Shown: positions 1 through 10,082 of the stretch, piece after piece | Position numbering within the stretch: position 1 is the stretch's first letter | How the letters are laid out: every line of letters starts with the position of its first letter | Source: an uncultured Acidobacteriota bacterium | GTDB lineage: Bacteria > Acidobacteriota > Vicinamibacteria > Vicinamibacterales > CAVVIG01 | Reading direction: 5' to 3' | DNA length: 64,000 nucleotides | Assembly: GCA_963724695.1 (NCBI GenBank) | Contig: CAVRVW010000008.1 | Location: forward strand, 237,290-301,289 | Program-made: the position numbers and the translations under genes | The notes under the pieces: model-generated | The model's database searches: none | What the model was told of the DNA's origin: nothing | Seen by the model: only the letters and a program-made list of their open reading frames with translations

Positions 1-498
1 CTCATCGACGACCACGGCGTGGCCATCGACCGGCACGGGCCGGAGTCGCGGGACTTCGATCTACCCCTCGTGGACGGGCTCACGGTCGGCTCTCGAGGCG
101 ACCGCAAGGGAGCCCGGGGCGCAGCCCTGCCCGTCGGCTTGCCTGGCACACCCGGCGCCCCGGAGATCGACGACCGCAAGGCCGGGCTCGCCGCGCGCGT
201 CATTCTCGCGGTTCGTCCGAATCCGGACATCAGCAGCCGGCTCTCGCAGATCGACGTCACGGACCCGCGGAACGCTTCGGTGATTCTGACCGACGATCCG
301 GAGATCGAGCTGTTCCTCGGCGAGGATCGCTTCCTGGCCCGGCTGCAGTCCTACCTGGACCTGGCGTCCGCACTTCGCGAGCGGGTGCCGGAGATCGACT
401 ACGTCGACCTTCGCTTCGACGATCGCATCTACGTGCGCCCGGCCAGCGGGTCGAAACGCACGAGTCTCGCTGCGTCCGGCGGGCGCACCAGGGACTGA
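1..498 (+). CDS. ftsQ: Cell division protein FtsQ, C-terminal part (5' end lies upstream of the window)
   Basis: Frame 1 is open from nt 1 (LIDDHGVAIDRHG...) to TGA at 496-498. FtsQ-like C-terminal wording (EIDYVDLRFDDRIYVRP). Sits directly upstream of ftsA-ftsZ. Confidence 0.7.
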   Translation, partial: LIDDHGVAIDRHGPESRDFDLPLVDGLTVGSRGDRKGARGAALPVGLPGTPGAPEIDDRKAGLAARVILAVRPNPDISSRLSQIDVTDPRNASVILTDDPEIELFLGEDRFLARLQSYLDLASALRERVPEIDYVDLRFDDRIYVRPASGSKRTSLAASGGRTRD

Positions 499-530
499 CA
501 TGACACATCACACGACAACCCGGAGGCAGA

Positions 531-1769
531 GTGGCGCGTAAAGAGCGATATCTGGTCGGCCTTGACGTCGGCACGTCAAAGGTCACCGCCGTCGTGGGCG
601 AGATCCTCGACGGGGGGCGGCTCGACGTGGTCGGTCTCGGCGTGGCGGAGTCGCGCGGCATCCGGCGAGGCGTGGTCATCAACCTCGAGGCGGCCGTCGA
701 TTCCATCAAGAAGGCCATCGAGGAGGCCGAGCTCATGGCCGGGGTGGAGATCGACTCGGTCCACCTCGCCCTGTCCGGCCCGCATATCAAAGGGTTCAAC
801 AGCCGCGGCGTCATCGCGGTCGCCGGAAAGAACCGGGAGATTACACGCGAGGATGTCCGCCGAGCGATCGAAGCGGCCAAGGCCGTGTCGCTGCCTACGG
901 GCCGCGAGATCCTGCACGTGCTGCCGCAGGACTTCGTCGTGGACGAGCAGGACGGCATCGGCGCTCCCGTCGGCATGACCGGGGCCCGGCTCGAAGTGAA
1001 CGTCCACATCATCACCGGCAGCCAGAGCTCCACCCAGAACATCGTCGCCTGTGTGAACCGCGCGGGTGTCGCGGTCGCAGAGACCGTCGTGGAGCAGCTC
1101 GCGGCGAGCGAGTCTGTGCTGACCGACGACGAGAAGGAACTTGGCGTGGCGCTGGTGGACGTCGGCGGGGGCACGACCGACATCGCGATCTACGAGCGGG
1201 GCAGCCTCTGGCACACCGGCGTCGTGCCGGTGGGCGGCGATCACTTCACGAGCGACATCGCCGTGGGCTTGCGCACTCCGGTGCCCGACGCCGAGAAGAT
1301 CAAGAGGAAGTGCGGCTGCGCCCTCTCGGGAATGGTCGACGAGGACGAGACGATGGAAGTGGCGAGCGTGGGCGGCCGCAAGCCGCGCGTGATGGCGCGC
1401 CGCATCCTGTCCGAAATCCTTCAGCCGCGCGCCGAGGAGATCTTCCACATGGTGTGGGACGAGATCAGGCGCGCCGGATACGAGAAGAGCCTGAACTCGG
1501 GGATCGTCCTGACCGGTGGCGGCGCCATCCTGGACGGCATGCCCGAGATCGCGGAACAGATCTTCGACCTTCCGATCCGACGAGGCTGTCCGACGGGCGT
1601 GGGCGGTCTGCAGGACCACGTCAACAGCCCGACATTCGCGACCGCCGTGGGGCTCGTCTTGTACGGACATCGGAATGCGGCGGGGGAGTTCCCGCGCACG
1701 CCCGTGGGCGCGGGGGCGCTGGTAAGGGCGGCGGGGCGGCTGAGGGGATTGTTTCGCGAGTTCTTCTGA
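531..1769 (+). CDS. ftsA: Cell division protein FtsA
   Basis: 412-aa ORF with actin-like ATPase motifs (LVGLDVGTSKV, VDVGGGTTDIAIY, IVLTGGGA). Lies between ftsQ and ftsZ. Confidence 0.95.
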   Translation: MARKERYLVGLDVGTSKVTAVVGEILDGGRLDVVGLGVAESRGIRRGVVINLEAAVDSIKKAIEEAELMAGVEIDSVHLALSGPHIKGFNSRGVIAVAGKNREITREDVRRAIEAAKAVSLPTGREILHVLPQDFVVDEQDGIGAPVGMTGARLEVNVHIITGSQSSTQNIVACVNRAGVAVAETVVEQLAASESVLTDDEKELGVALVDVGGGTTDIAIYERGSLWHTGVVPVGGDHFTSDIAVGLRTPVPDAEKIKRKCGCALSGMVDEDETMEVASVGGRKPRVMARRILSEILQPRAEEIFHMVWDEIRRAGYEKSLNSGIVLTGGGAILDGMPEIAEQIFDLPIRRGCPTGVGGLQDHVNSPTFATAVGLVLYGHRNAAGEFPRTPVGAGALVRAAGRLRGLFREFF

Positions 1770-1865
1770 TCGTTGCCGGGCGGGTCTCGACGGCCCGCCC
1801 CGGAGGTTGGGCAGGTCCCTGGGCCTGCCTTCACACAATAGAGCGCTTGCATGGGGGCCTGACCA

Positions 1866-3155
1866 ATGACCAACCACACCAACCCACAACACGCCGACGA
1901 GACCGGCGATCCCCGCCGGCTGCGCCTGCACCTGGGAGAGGAACCGCATGCCGGGGCCCGCATCAAGGTCATTGGTGTGGGCGGGGGCGGCAGCAATGCC
2001 GTCAACCGCATGGTCCGCACGGGGCTCGACGGCGTCGAGTTCATCGTCGCGAACACCGACCGCCAGGCGCTGCAGGGCAACGCGGCGCCCATCAAGGTGC
2101 AGATCGGGTCGAAGCTGACCAAGGGGCTCGGCGCCGGCGCCGACCCGAACGTGGGCCGTTCGGCGGCGCTCGAGGACACCGACCAGCTCATTCAGGCGCT
2201 CGACGGCGCCGACATGATCTTCGTGACGACGGGCCTGGGGGGCGGCACGGGCACAGGCGCGGCGCCGGTCATCGCGAGCCTCGCGAGCGAGCTCGGCGCC
2301 CTGACCGTGGCTGTGGTCACCAAGCCGTTCCGCTTCGAAGGCCGCAAGCGACAGGTGCAGGCCGAGCGCGGGCTCGAGCAGCTGCGCGACTGCGTGGACA
2401 CGATCATCACGATCCCGAACGAGCGCCTGCTGACGATCATCGATCGGTCGACGCCCCTCACCGACGCGTTCTCGACCGCCGACGATGTGCTCCGCCAGGC
2501 AATCCAGGGGATCTCCGACTTGATTATCGTGCCCGGGCTCATCAACCTCGATTTCGCGGACGTCAAGACGATCATGTCCGGCATGGGGTTCGCGATGATG
2601 GGCACCGGCGTGGCCGAGGGCCCGGACCGCGCGATCGAGGCGGCGCGCCGCGCGATCTCGAGCCCGCTTCTGGAGGGCGCGTCGGTCAACGGCGCCAGGG
2701 GGGTGATCATCAACGTCACCGGAGGGCCGGACCTGTCGCTGGTCGAGGTGAGCGACGCCTCGACCATCGTGCAGGAAGCCGCGGACGAAGATGCCAACAT
2801 CATCTTCGGCGCGGTCGTCGACCCGACGCTCACTGGCAGGGTCAAGGTGTCGGTCATCGCGACCGGCTTCGGCCCGCCGGCGTCGATGCGGTCGATGGTC
2901 ACGGTGGCGCAGACCCCCGTCGACATGACATCGTACGCCGGCCACTCGCGCCCGCGACAGGATCCCGAGCCCCCGTTGTCGGTGGCGGTCGGCCGGATGA
3001 CGATTGGGCGGCGTCCGCACCTCGAGCTGCCGGTCGTGCCCAGCGGATTGAACGAGCCTGCTGAGGCGGTCGGCGCCCCCGGCCCAGATGCAGCGGATCC
3101 TGATGCCGGCACTCCCTACGACGTGCCGGCCTTCCTGAGACGGCAGGAGAGCTGA
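1866..3155 (+). CDS. ftsZ: Cell division GTPase FtsZ
   Basis: 429-aa ORF with [17 protein letters not shown] and the tubulin signature [13 protein letters not shown]. Conserved C-terminal peptide DVPAFLRRQ. Confidence 0.97.
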   Translation: MTNHTNPQHADETGDPRRLRLHLGEEPHAGARIKVIGVGGGGSNAVNRMVRTGLDGVEFIVANTDRQALQGNAAPIKVQIGSKLTKGLGAGADPNVGRSAALEDTDQLIQALDGADMIFVTTGLGGGTGTGAAPVIASLASELGALTVAVVTKPFRFEGRKRQVQAERGLEQLRDCVDTIITIPNERLLTIIDRSTPLTDAFSTADDVLRQAIQGISDLIIVPGLINLDFADVKTIMSGMGFAMMGTGVAEGPDRAIEAARRAISSPLLEGASVNGARGVIINVTGGPDLSLVEVSDASTIVQEAADEDANIIFGAVVDPTLTGRVKVSVIATGFGPPASMRSMVTVAQTPVDMTSYAGHSRPRQDPEPPLSVAVGRMTIGRRPHLELPVVPSGLNEPAEAVGAPGPDAADPDAGTPYDVPAFLRRQES

Positions 3156-3279
3156 GGCTCCTCCGCGGGTTCGCGGTGGTAGAGTAAGTAAATCCACGGC
3201 GTCCGGGAACGTCGGCGTACGAGCGTCAGCGCCCGCGCGAGCCAGGGGTCGCTCCTCGAATCGTCCGCTCCCGGCTCCG

Positions 3280-5055
3280 TTGTCTCCAACCGTGAAATCC
3301 TGGCAGCAGCGCGAACGCGCACAAGAAGCCCTCTCCAAGGAAACCGGCTACATCCGCAAGCCGCACGGCAGCCGACTGCGTGTCGCGCTGGCTTTTCCGA
3401 ACACCTACTGGGTTGGCATGTCCAACCTCGGCTTCCAGACTGTCTACCGGCTCTTCAACGCCCACGACGACGTCGTCTGCGAGCGCGTGTTCCTGCCGCC
3501 GAAGCAGGAGCTCGCGGAGCTGCTGGCCGCGAGGACGCCGATCGTGACGCTCGAATCCCAGACCCCGATTGGCGACTTCGACGTGATCGCCTTCTCGGTG
3601 TCGTTCGAGTGGGACTACGTGAACGTGCTGACGCTGCTCAGGCTGGCGGGCGTGCCACGCTACGCCAGCGAGCGCGGACCGAACCACCCGCTCGTGCTCA
3701 TCGGCGGCGCCGTGACCTTTGTGAATCCAGAGCCCCTCGCCCCATTCGCCGACGTGGTTGCGGCGGGCGAGGGCGAAGTCCTCGTGCCGTCGTTCACCCG
3801 GGCGTGCCATGAGGCCACTGATCGCCGGAACCTGCTGCACCTCCTCGCTCGGGAGCGAGGGTTCTACATCCCGTCGTTCTACGAGCCGCAGTACGGCGCC
3901 AACGGCGGTATCACCGGATACCAGCCGACGCCTGGCTCCATCGGGCCGGACGGCGCCGGGCCGCCGCTGCCGGTGAAGAAGGCCGCGGTCAGGACCACGG
4001 ACGCCCTCGACCCTCCGGCGACCAGCATCTTCACGCCGGACACGGAGTTCGGATCCCGCTTCCTGGTGGAAGTGGTGCGAGGGTGCGCGAACCTGTGCCG
4101 CTTCTGCTGGGCCGGCTACAACTACTTGCCGGTCCGGGCGTTCCCGACCGACCGCATTCTGCAGCTCGCCGAGGCGGCGCGCCCCTATGCCGGCCGCGTC
4201 GGCCTGGTGTCGATTGCGCTCTGCGATCACCCTGACATCGAGCGGATCCTCGTCCGGCTGCGCGAGATGGGGTATCTCATCAGCCCCGCGTCGCTTCGGC
4301 TCGACGACCTGACGAAGACGATCGTCGACCTGCTCAAGGCGAGCGGCGAACGAGGCATCACGATCGCACCGGAGACAGGATCGGACCGCCTTCGTCGCGT
4401 CATCAACAAGACGGTGACCAACGACGAGATCCTCGATCGCACAGAGCTCATTTTCGCGAGCGGCATCGAGAACCTGAAGCTGTACTACATGATCGGCCTC
4501 CCGACCGAAACGGACGAGGACCTGGTCGCCATCCGGGACCTGACCCTGCAGATGCGCGAGTGCATGCTGGCGCACGCGCGCCAGCGGGGACAGGTGGGAC
4601 GCATCGTTGGCAGCGTGAACCCGCTGATCCCCAAGCCCGGCACCGCGTACCAGTGGCTGCCGATGGAAGACCCGGCGGTGACCGACCGCAAGATCAAGCG
4701 GCTGCGCGCCCTGATGACCGGCATCGACAACGTGTACTTCAACATCAAGTCAGAGCGTCATTCCTACTATCAGGCGCTCCTCTCGCTCGGCGACCGCCGC
4801 GTCGCGCCGGCCATCGTCCTGGCCGAGCAGAATGGCCAGAACTGGCGCGCGGCGGTCGCAGAGGCCGGCGTGGACGCCGATTTCTACATCTTCCGCGACC
4901 GGAGTGCCGACGCCTACCTGCCGTGGGACATCATCGACGGCGGCATGAAGGCGTCGTTCTTTCAGGCCGAGTTCGCGAAGGGCCTCCGCGAAGAGTGGAC
5001 GCTTCCGCCAAAGCGACTGCAGGAGAACGCCAGGCTGATCCCGGTTATTCAGTGA
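3280..5055 (+). CDS. B12-binding-domain radical SAM protein (uncharacterised TIGR03960-like family, from memory)
   Basis: 591-aa ORF (TTG start as listed; GTG at 3292 is an alternative). Radical-SAM cluster motif CANLCRFCWAG follows an N-terminal B12-binding-like domain. Confidence 0.75.
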   Translation: MSPTVKSWQQRERAQEALSKETGYIRKPHGSRLRVALAFPNTYWVGMSNLGFQTVYRLFNAHDDVVCERVFLPPKQELAELLAARTPIVTLESQTPIGDFDVIAFSVSFEWDYVNVLTLLRLAGVPRYASERGPNHPLVLIGGAVTFVNPEPLAPFADVVAAGEGEVLVPSFTRACHEATDRRNLLHLLARERGFYIPSFYEPQYGANGGITGYQPTPGSIGPDGAGPPLPVKKAAVRTTDALDPPATSIFTPDTEFGSRFLVEVVRGCANLCRFCWAGYNYLPVRAFPTDRILQLAEAARPYAGRVGLVSIALCDHPDIERILVRLREMGYLISPASLRLDDLTKTIVDLLKASGERGITIAPETGSDRLRRVINKTVTNDEILDRTELIFASGIENLKLYYMIGLPTETDEDLVAIRDLTLQMRECMLAHARQRGQVGRIVGSVNPLIPKPGTAYQWLPMEDPAVTDRKIKRLRALMTGIDNVYFNIKSERHSYYQALLSLGDRRVAPAIVLAEQNGQNWRAAVAEAGVDADFYIFRDRSADAYLPWDIIDGGMKASFFQAEFAKGLREEWTLPPKRLQENARLIPVIQ

Positions 5056-5368
5056 CCGCGACCTGCGCTTCGTGCTCCTGATAGGCTTCGAGGATGAGGT
5101 CACGAAGTCTGTGCTGGCCCGTGGTGTCGGCGACCGGGCGCAGAAGCGCGAAGCTCCGGCGCTCGCCGTTGACGCTGTACTGGCGCGCTGGAAACGTGAC
5201 GTTCCGGCCGGAGCCGCCGCGACGTTCCCAGATGCTGAAGCCGATGAGTTTGAGGCCGTCGAGCGGGCCGGCGCTGAAGTGCAGCTCCGCATCGGCGAGC
5301 TTTCCCGGAGGGTTCCCCTTGTCGTTTGGCGTGAATTTGACAGTCATGATGGCCAGACACGACATCAA
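5045..5368 (-). CDS. Small SpoVG-like nucleic-acid-binding protein (remote similarity)
   Basis: 107-aa ORF (alternative ATG at 5347). The pattern LKLIGFSIWERRGGSGRNVTFPARQYSVNGERRSFALLRPVADTTGQHRLRDLILEAYQ parallels the SpoVG core (hhhDhRVhxGxxGxFVxhPxxxxxxGexxDhxxPhxxxxRxxIxxxhLxxY). Converges on and overlaps the radical SAM gene by 11 nt. Confidence 0.4.
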   Translation of the reverse strand: MMSCLAIMTVKFTPNDKGNPPGKLADAELHFSAGPLDGLKLIGFSIWERRGGSGRNVTFPARQYSVNGERRSFALLRPVADTTGQHRLRDLILEAYQEHEAQVAVTE

Positions 5369-5499
5369 GGGCGATGCCGGCCGTCCGCTCGCCGCGCGCG
5401 TCGCCCTAATATCTTGACGAGCGTTCGGTTACGGTCGGAGGCACGAAGCGTCCGTCGCACGGATCGCCGGGCGCCCGCCAAACATGTCAACGGCGGTTG

Positions 5500-5880
5500 C
5501 TAGCCCAGAAGCAGGACTTCGGCCAGTGCCAGGGCGTCGGAGTGCGTAATCGTCAGAAGTGACGACTTGGCGCCGATGGCGGCGAACCGATCGGCGGCGC
5601 CGCCGTGGAACTGCAGTTGCGGGGGACCGCCCCGGCGGATGACCTCGACCGAGCGCCACAGGACCTCGGGGGTGTGCCCCGTGCCGAGAGCTTTCATCGC
5701 GGCTTCCTTCGCGGCGAAACGTCCGGCGAAGTGAATGGCGGGGTGGCGGCGTCGAAGGCAATACGCGATTTCGCCTTCGGTGAAAATGCGCTTGATGAAG
5801 CGTTCGCCGTATCGCTCGATCGTCTGCTCGATACGAGGGATGTCGGTGGCGTCGAGACCGAGACCAATGATGGTGGACAA
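5500..5880 (-). CDS. acpS: Holo-[acyl-carrier-protein] synthase
   Basis: The last ~126 codons of the 248-aa ORF match AcpS (IIGLGLDATDIPRIE...RIFTEGEIAYC...FAAKEAAMKALGTG...THSDALALAEVLL). The only plausible start is TTG at 5880. The upstream part of the ORF is compositional noise. Confidence 0.8.
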   Translation of the reverse strand: MSTIIGLGLDATDIPRIEQTIERYGERFIKRIFTEGEIAYCLRRRHPAIHFAGRFAAKEAAMKALGTGHTPEVLWRSVEVIRRGGPPQLQFHGGAADRFAAIGAKSSLLTITHSDALALAEVLLLG

Positions 5881-6754
5881 CGGGACCCTACCAGAGCCTA
5901 ACGGGGCGTTCTCCTGGGTGCAAGCAGGGCCGCAGGTGGGGCTCGTCTGCCGTCCGCTCGAGCCGTTCGCCGCGCACCTGTTCACGACGCGGCAGTGGTC
6001 GGCAGGGTCGTCAGCTTCTGCCGAGGTGCGCAATGCCGCCTGGCCGGAGGTGGCGCGTGCAATGGACGTCGATCTCTCCCGGCTGGTGCGGCTGAACCAG
6101 GTGCATGGGGCGACGTACGTGGTGGCCGAATCGCCCGTCGAGCCAGGCGCCGCGCCGCCTGACGCAGACATCGTCACGACCGACCGCCAGGATCTGGCGC
6201 TCGTCGTCCAGGTTGCTGACTGCGTGCCCCTGTTGATTGCCGACACGGTCCAGCGCGGCGATCGCGCAGGACGGCCTGCGCGCGCCGTGGCGGCCGCGCA
6301 TGCGGGCTGGCGCGGGCTGGCGGCGCGTGTGCCCGAGCGCGCCGTGGCCGCGCTCTGTCACGAATGGGGCAGCCACGCCCGCGACTTGATCGCGGTCATC
6401 GGCCCGTCGATTGGCAGCTGCTGCTATGAGGTCGGACTGGAGGTGCGGCAACAGTTTGCCGAGGCCGGGTTTGGCGCGGAGGATCTGGGCTGCTGGTTCC
6501 TTGCCGTTCCGGCGAGGTCGGCGCGCAATCCGTCGATGGCCGGTCTGCCCCTGCCGGCTCGAGACGACCATTGGTATTTCGACGGATGGCAGGCGGCACG
6601 ACACCAGCTGCTCGGCGCCGGCATCCCGGACGAGTCAATCTATTGCGCCGAGCTTTGCACGGCCAGCCACCCCGCGTGGCTGTGCTCCTATCGCCGCGAC
6701 GGATCCCCGGCCGGCCGGTTGGCCGGCGCCATCAGGAGCCGGTGCCGTCCATAG
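5867..6754 (+). CDS. pgeF: Peptidoglycan editing factor PgeF / YfiH (DUF152 laccase-domain) family protein
   Basis: Motifs FTTRQW, LNQVHGA, VADCVPLL, AAHAGWRGL, IGPSIGSCCYEVG and CSYRRDG are typical of YfiH. Start chosen at ATG 5867 (uncertain by some tens of nt). The 5' ends of acpS and pgeF overlap head-to-head. Confidence 0.7.
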   Translation: MMVDNGTLPEPNGAFSWVQAGPQVGLVCRPLEPFAAHLFTTRQWSAGSSASAEVRNAAWPEVARAMDVDLSRLVRLNQVHGATYVVAESPVEPGAAPPDADIVTTDRQDLALVVQVADCVPLLIADTVQRGDRAGRPARAVAAAHAGWRGLAARVPERAVAALCHEWGSHARDLIAVIGPSIGSCCYEVGLEVRQQFAEAGFGAEDLGCWFLAVPARSARNPSMAGLPLPARDDHWYFDGWQAARHQLLGAGIPDESIYCAELCTASHPAWLCSYRRDGSPAGRLAGAIRSRCRP

Positions 6755-7148
6755 CCGCGTTCGCGAGCCGATCGGCGTCGGCGTTGGACTCGCGGCGGAC
6801 GTGCTCGAAGGTGACCCGCCCGATCTCGTGGGCGAGGAGCCGGGCCCTGGCATGGAGCGGCAGCAACCCGGGGTGCTTCACGCGATAGCGGCCGAGCATC
6901 TGCTGCACCAGCAGGAGCGAGTCCGATCGGACGTGCAGCTCACGCTCCCCTCGGGCGCGCGCCCATTCGAGGGCCGCGATGAGGCCCCGGTACTCCGCGA
7001 CGTTGTTGGTGGCGACGCCGATCGATTCGGCGAGCTCCTCGACGAGCGTGCCGTCCGGCTGCTCGACGCGGACGCCGAAGCCCGCCGGCCCGGGATTCCC
7101 TCTCGACCCGCCATCGATGTACGCGACCAGGCGCGTCTCGTTCGGCAT
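6732..7148 (-). CDS. rnhA: Ribonuclease HI
   Basis: LVAYIDGGSRGNPGPAGFG...NNVAEYRGLIAALEWA...VRSDSLLLVQQM...RESNADADRLAN carries the RNase H catalytic D/E/D/D context. Start at ATG 7148, just after the stop of the upstream gene. Confidence 0.8.
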   Translation of the reverse strand: MPNETRLVAYIDGGSRGNPGPAGFGVRVEQPDGTLVEELAESIGVATNNVAEYRGLIAALEWARARGERELHVRSDSLLLVQQMLGRYRVKHPGLLPLHARARLLAHEIGRVTFEHVRRESNADADRLANAAMDGTGS

Positions 7149-7162
7149 CGCCTCGCGGCCGA

Positions 7163-7909
7163 TCAGCTCGCGGGCTGCGACGCCGTATCGGCGGCGGCTT
7201 TCGCGATGGGCGTGGAGAACAGGATCCGGTTGCAGTGGTCGCACTGCAGGATCTCGTCGCCCCGGAGGACCGTGTTGAAGACCTGGGGACGGAGCCGCAC
7301 GTGGCAGATGGTGCAGATGCCGTCCCTGGCCTCGGCCACCGCCACGCCGTTTCGTCGTCGCGAAACGGCTTCGAAGATCCTCAGCACCTGCGGATCCAGG
7401 GAGGAGACGACGGTGGCGCGTTCGGCTTTCAGCCGCTCGAGGGAGGCCTTCTGTTCGGCCACCTCCGCGCTCAAGGCCTTCCGGTCGGCGTCGACGGTCT
7501 TCTGTTCGGCGGCGAGCGAGGTTTCCGCGCGCTTGACCGCGGCGGCCAGGTCGTCGCCTTCCACCATGCGTTCGAGCACCTGATCTTCGAGCTTCTTGAC
7601 CTCGGTCTGTGCGTACTCGATCTCCTTCTGCATGGCCTGGTACTCGATGTTGGTCTTGACGGCCATCAGCTGATCGCGAAACTTCGAGAGGCGGCCCTGG
7701 TGGACGGCGACGTCCTTCTCGATCGCGCGGCGGGCATTCTGGTTTTCGGCCAGTCGTTCCTTCGCCGCTGCCACCGCCTGGCGCGCCGAGTCGATCTGCA
7801 CGTCGAGGGCTCGCTGGCGGTCGGCCTCGGAGGAGATGCCGCGCTCGGCCACCTGGGCGGCGGAGTCGAGGTGCTGGAGCTCAATCAGGCGGTGCAGGTC
7901 AGGGTGCAT
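7163..7909 (-). CDS. Coiled-coil protein with C-terminal C4 zinc ribbon (COG1579-type)
   Basis: 248-aa ORF with a long heptad-rich coiled coil, then CTICHVRLRPQ...LQCDHCNRILF (CxxC...CxxC). The known synteny partner of rnhA. Confidence 0.7.
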   Translation of the reverse strand: MHPDLHRLIELQHLDSAAQVAERGISSEADRQRALDVQIDSARQAVAAAKERLAENQNARRAIEKDVAVHQGRLSKFRDQLMAVKTNIEYQAMQKEIEYAQTEVKKLEDQVLERMVEGDDLAAAVKRAETSLAAEQKTVDADRKALSAEVAEQKASLERLKAERATVVSSLDPQVLRIFEAVSRRRNGVAVAEARDGICTICHVRLRPQVFNTVLRGDEILQCDHCNRILFSTPIAKAAADTASQPAS

Positions 7910-7917
7910 GTTCGTCC

Positions 7918-7950
7918 AAAAAAAAAGCCCCGGCGCTCGCGCACCGGGGC
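7918..7950 (-). terminator. Rho-independent terminator (minus strand)
   Basis: The minus strand reads GCCCCGG-TGCGCGAGCG-CCGGGGC followed by T9. Lies downstream of tRNA-Met. The T-run ends 8 nt before the ATG of the next gene (7909). Confidence 0.65.
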
Positions 7951-7985
7951 CCGCCCGCGGTCGATCCGGGGCGACTCACTGTTTC

Positions 7986-8034
7986 CAATCTGCAATCAGC
8001 ACTCAGCAATCAGCACTTCGCAATCTGCACTTCC
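7986..8034. repeat. Tandem heptanucleotide array, 7 units CA[AC]T[CT][AT]G
   Basis: Read directly: caatctg caatcag cactcag caatcag cacttcg caatctg cacttcc. The same AATCAGC word family recurs at 11926-11957. Confidence 0.9.
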
Positions 8035-8131
8035 CGGCTCTGACGGCCGCCTCCGCCAAGGCTACGGCGCCCAGCCTTCGCGGACGGGCTTGCCAGCCGA
8101 AGCCCTTCGCCCCGGCGAGGAGGGCGAAGGC

Positions 8132-8207
8132 TGGTGGGCCCACCAGGATTCGAACCTGGAACAGACCGGTTATGAGCCGGCGGCTCTGACCGTTGAGCTA
8201 TGGGCCC
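8132..8207 (-). tRNA. tRNA-Met (anticodon CAT; elongator type or possibly tRNA-Ile2), CCA encoded
   Basis: The reverse complement folds as a cloverleaf: GGGCCCA-TA-GCTC-AACGGTC-AGAGC-C-GCCGG-CTCATAA-CCGGT-CTGTT-CCAGG-TTCGAAT-CCTGG-TGGGCCC-ACCA. The G1-C72 pair argues against an initiator tRNA. Confidence 0.9.
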
Positions 8208-8213
8208 TCTCTG

Positions 8214-8269
8214 GTCCTTGGGCCTTGGGCCTTGGTTCTTGGTCGGTCCTTAGTCCTTGGTCCTTGGTG
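8214..8269. repeat. Tandem heptanucleotide array (TCCTTGG / GCCTTGG / TTGGTCC type, ~8 units)
   Basis: tccttgg gccttgg gccttgg ttcttgg tcggtcc ttagtcc ttggtcc ttggtgc. Starts 6 nt from the tRNA 5' end. Confidence 0.85.
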
Positions 8270-8305
8270 CGGTCAAGGTGGTCCATTGTGCCACGTTTTT
8301 CACCA

Positions 8306-8354
8306 CCCGTCCCCGTTCCCCGTTCCCCGTTCCCTGATCCCCGTTCCCCGTTCC
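8306..8354. repeat. Tandem heptanucleotide array (CCCCGTT, ~6 units)
   Basis: ccccgtt x3, ccctgat, ccccgtt x2. Abuts the rpoD stop codon (8355-8357). Its reverse complement GGGGAAC/GGGGATC recurs at 16791-16814. Confidence 0.9.
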
Positions 8355-10077
<1,723 letters not shown>

Positions 10078-10082
10078 GCCTC

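Noticed and set aside
576-3338. 920-aa ORF antisense to ftsA-ftsZ. Similar very long antisense or off-frame ORFs occur at 15660-17219, 34980-37451, 52797-54749, 55549-57405 and 22461-23720.
   Set aside because: They lie opposite or out of frame to genes with unmistakable homology. Their translations are Arg/Gly/Ala/Pro/His-rich with no motifs, the usual stop-poor shadow ORFs of GC-rich DNA.
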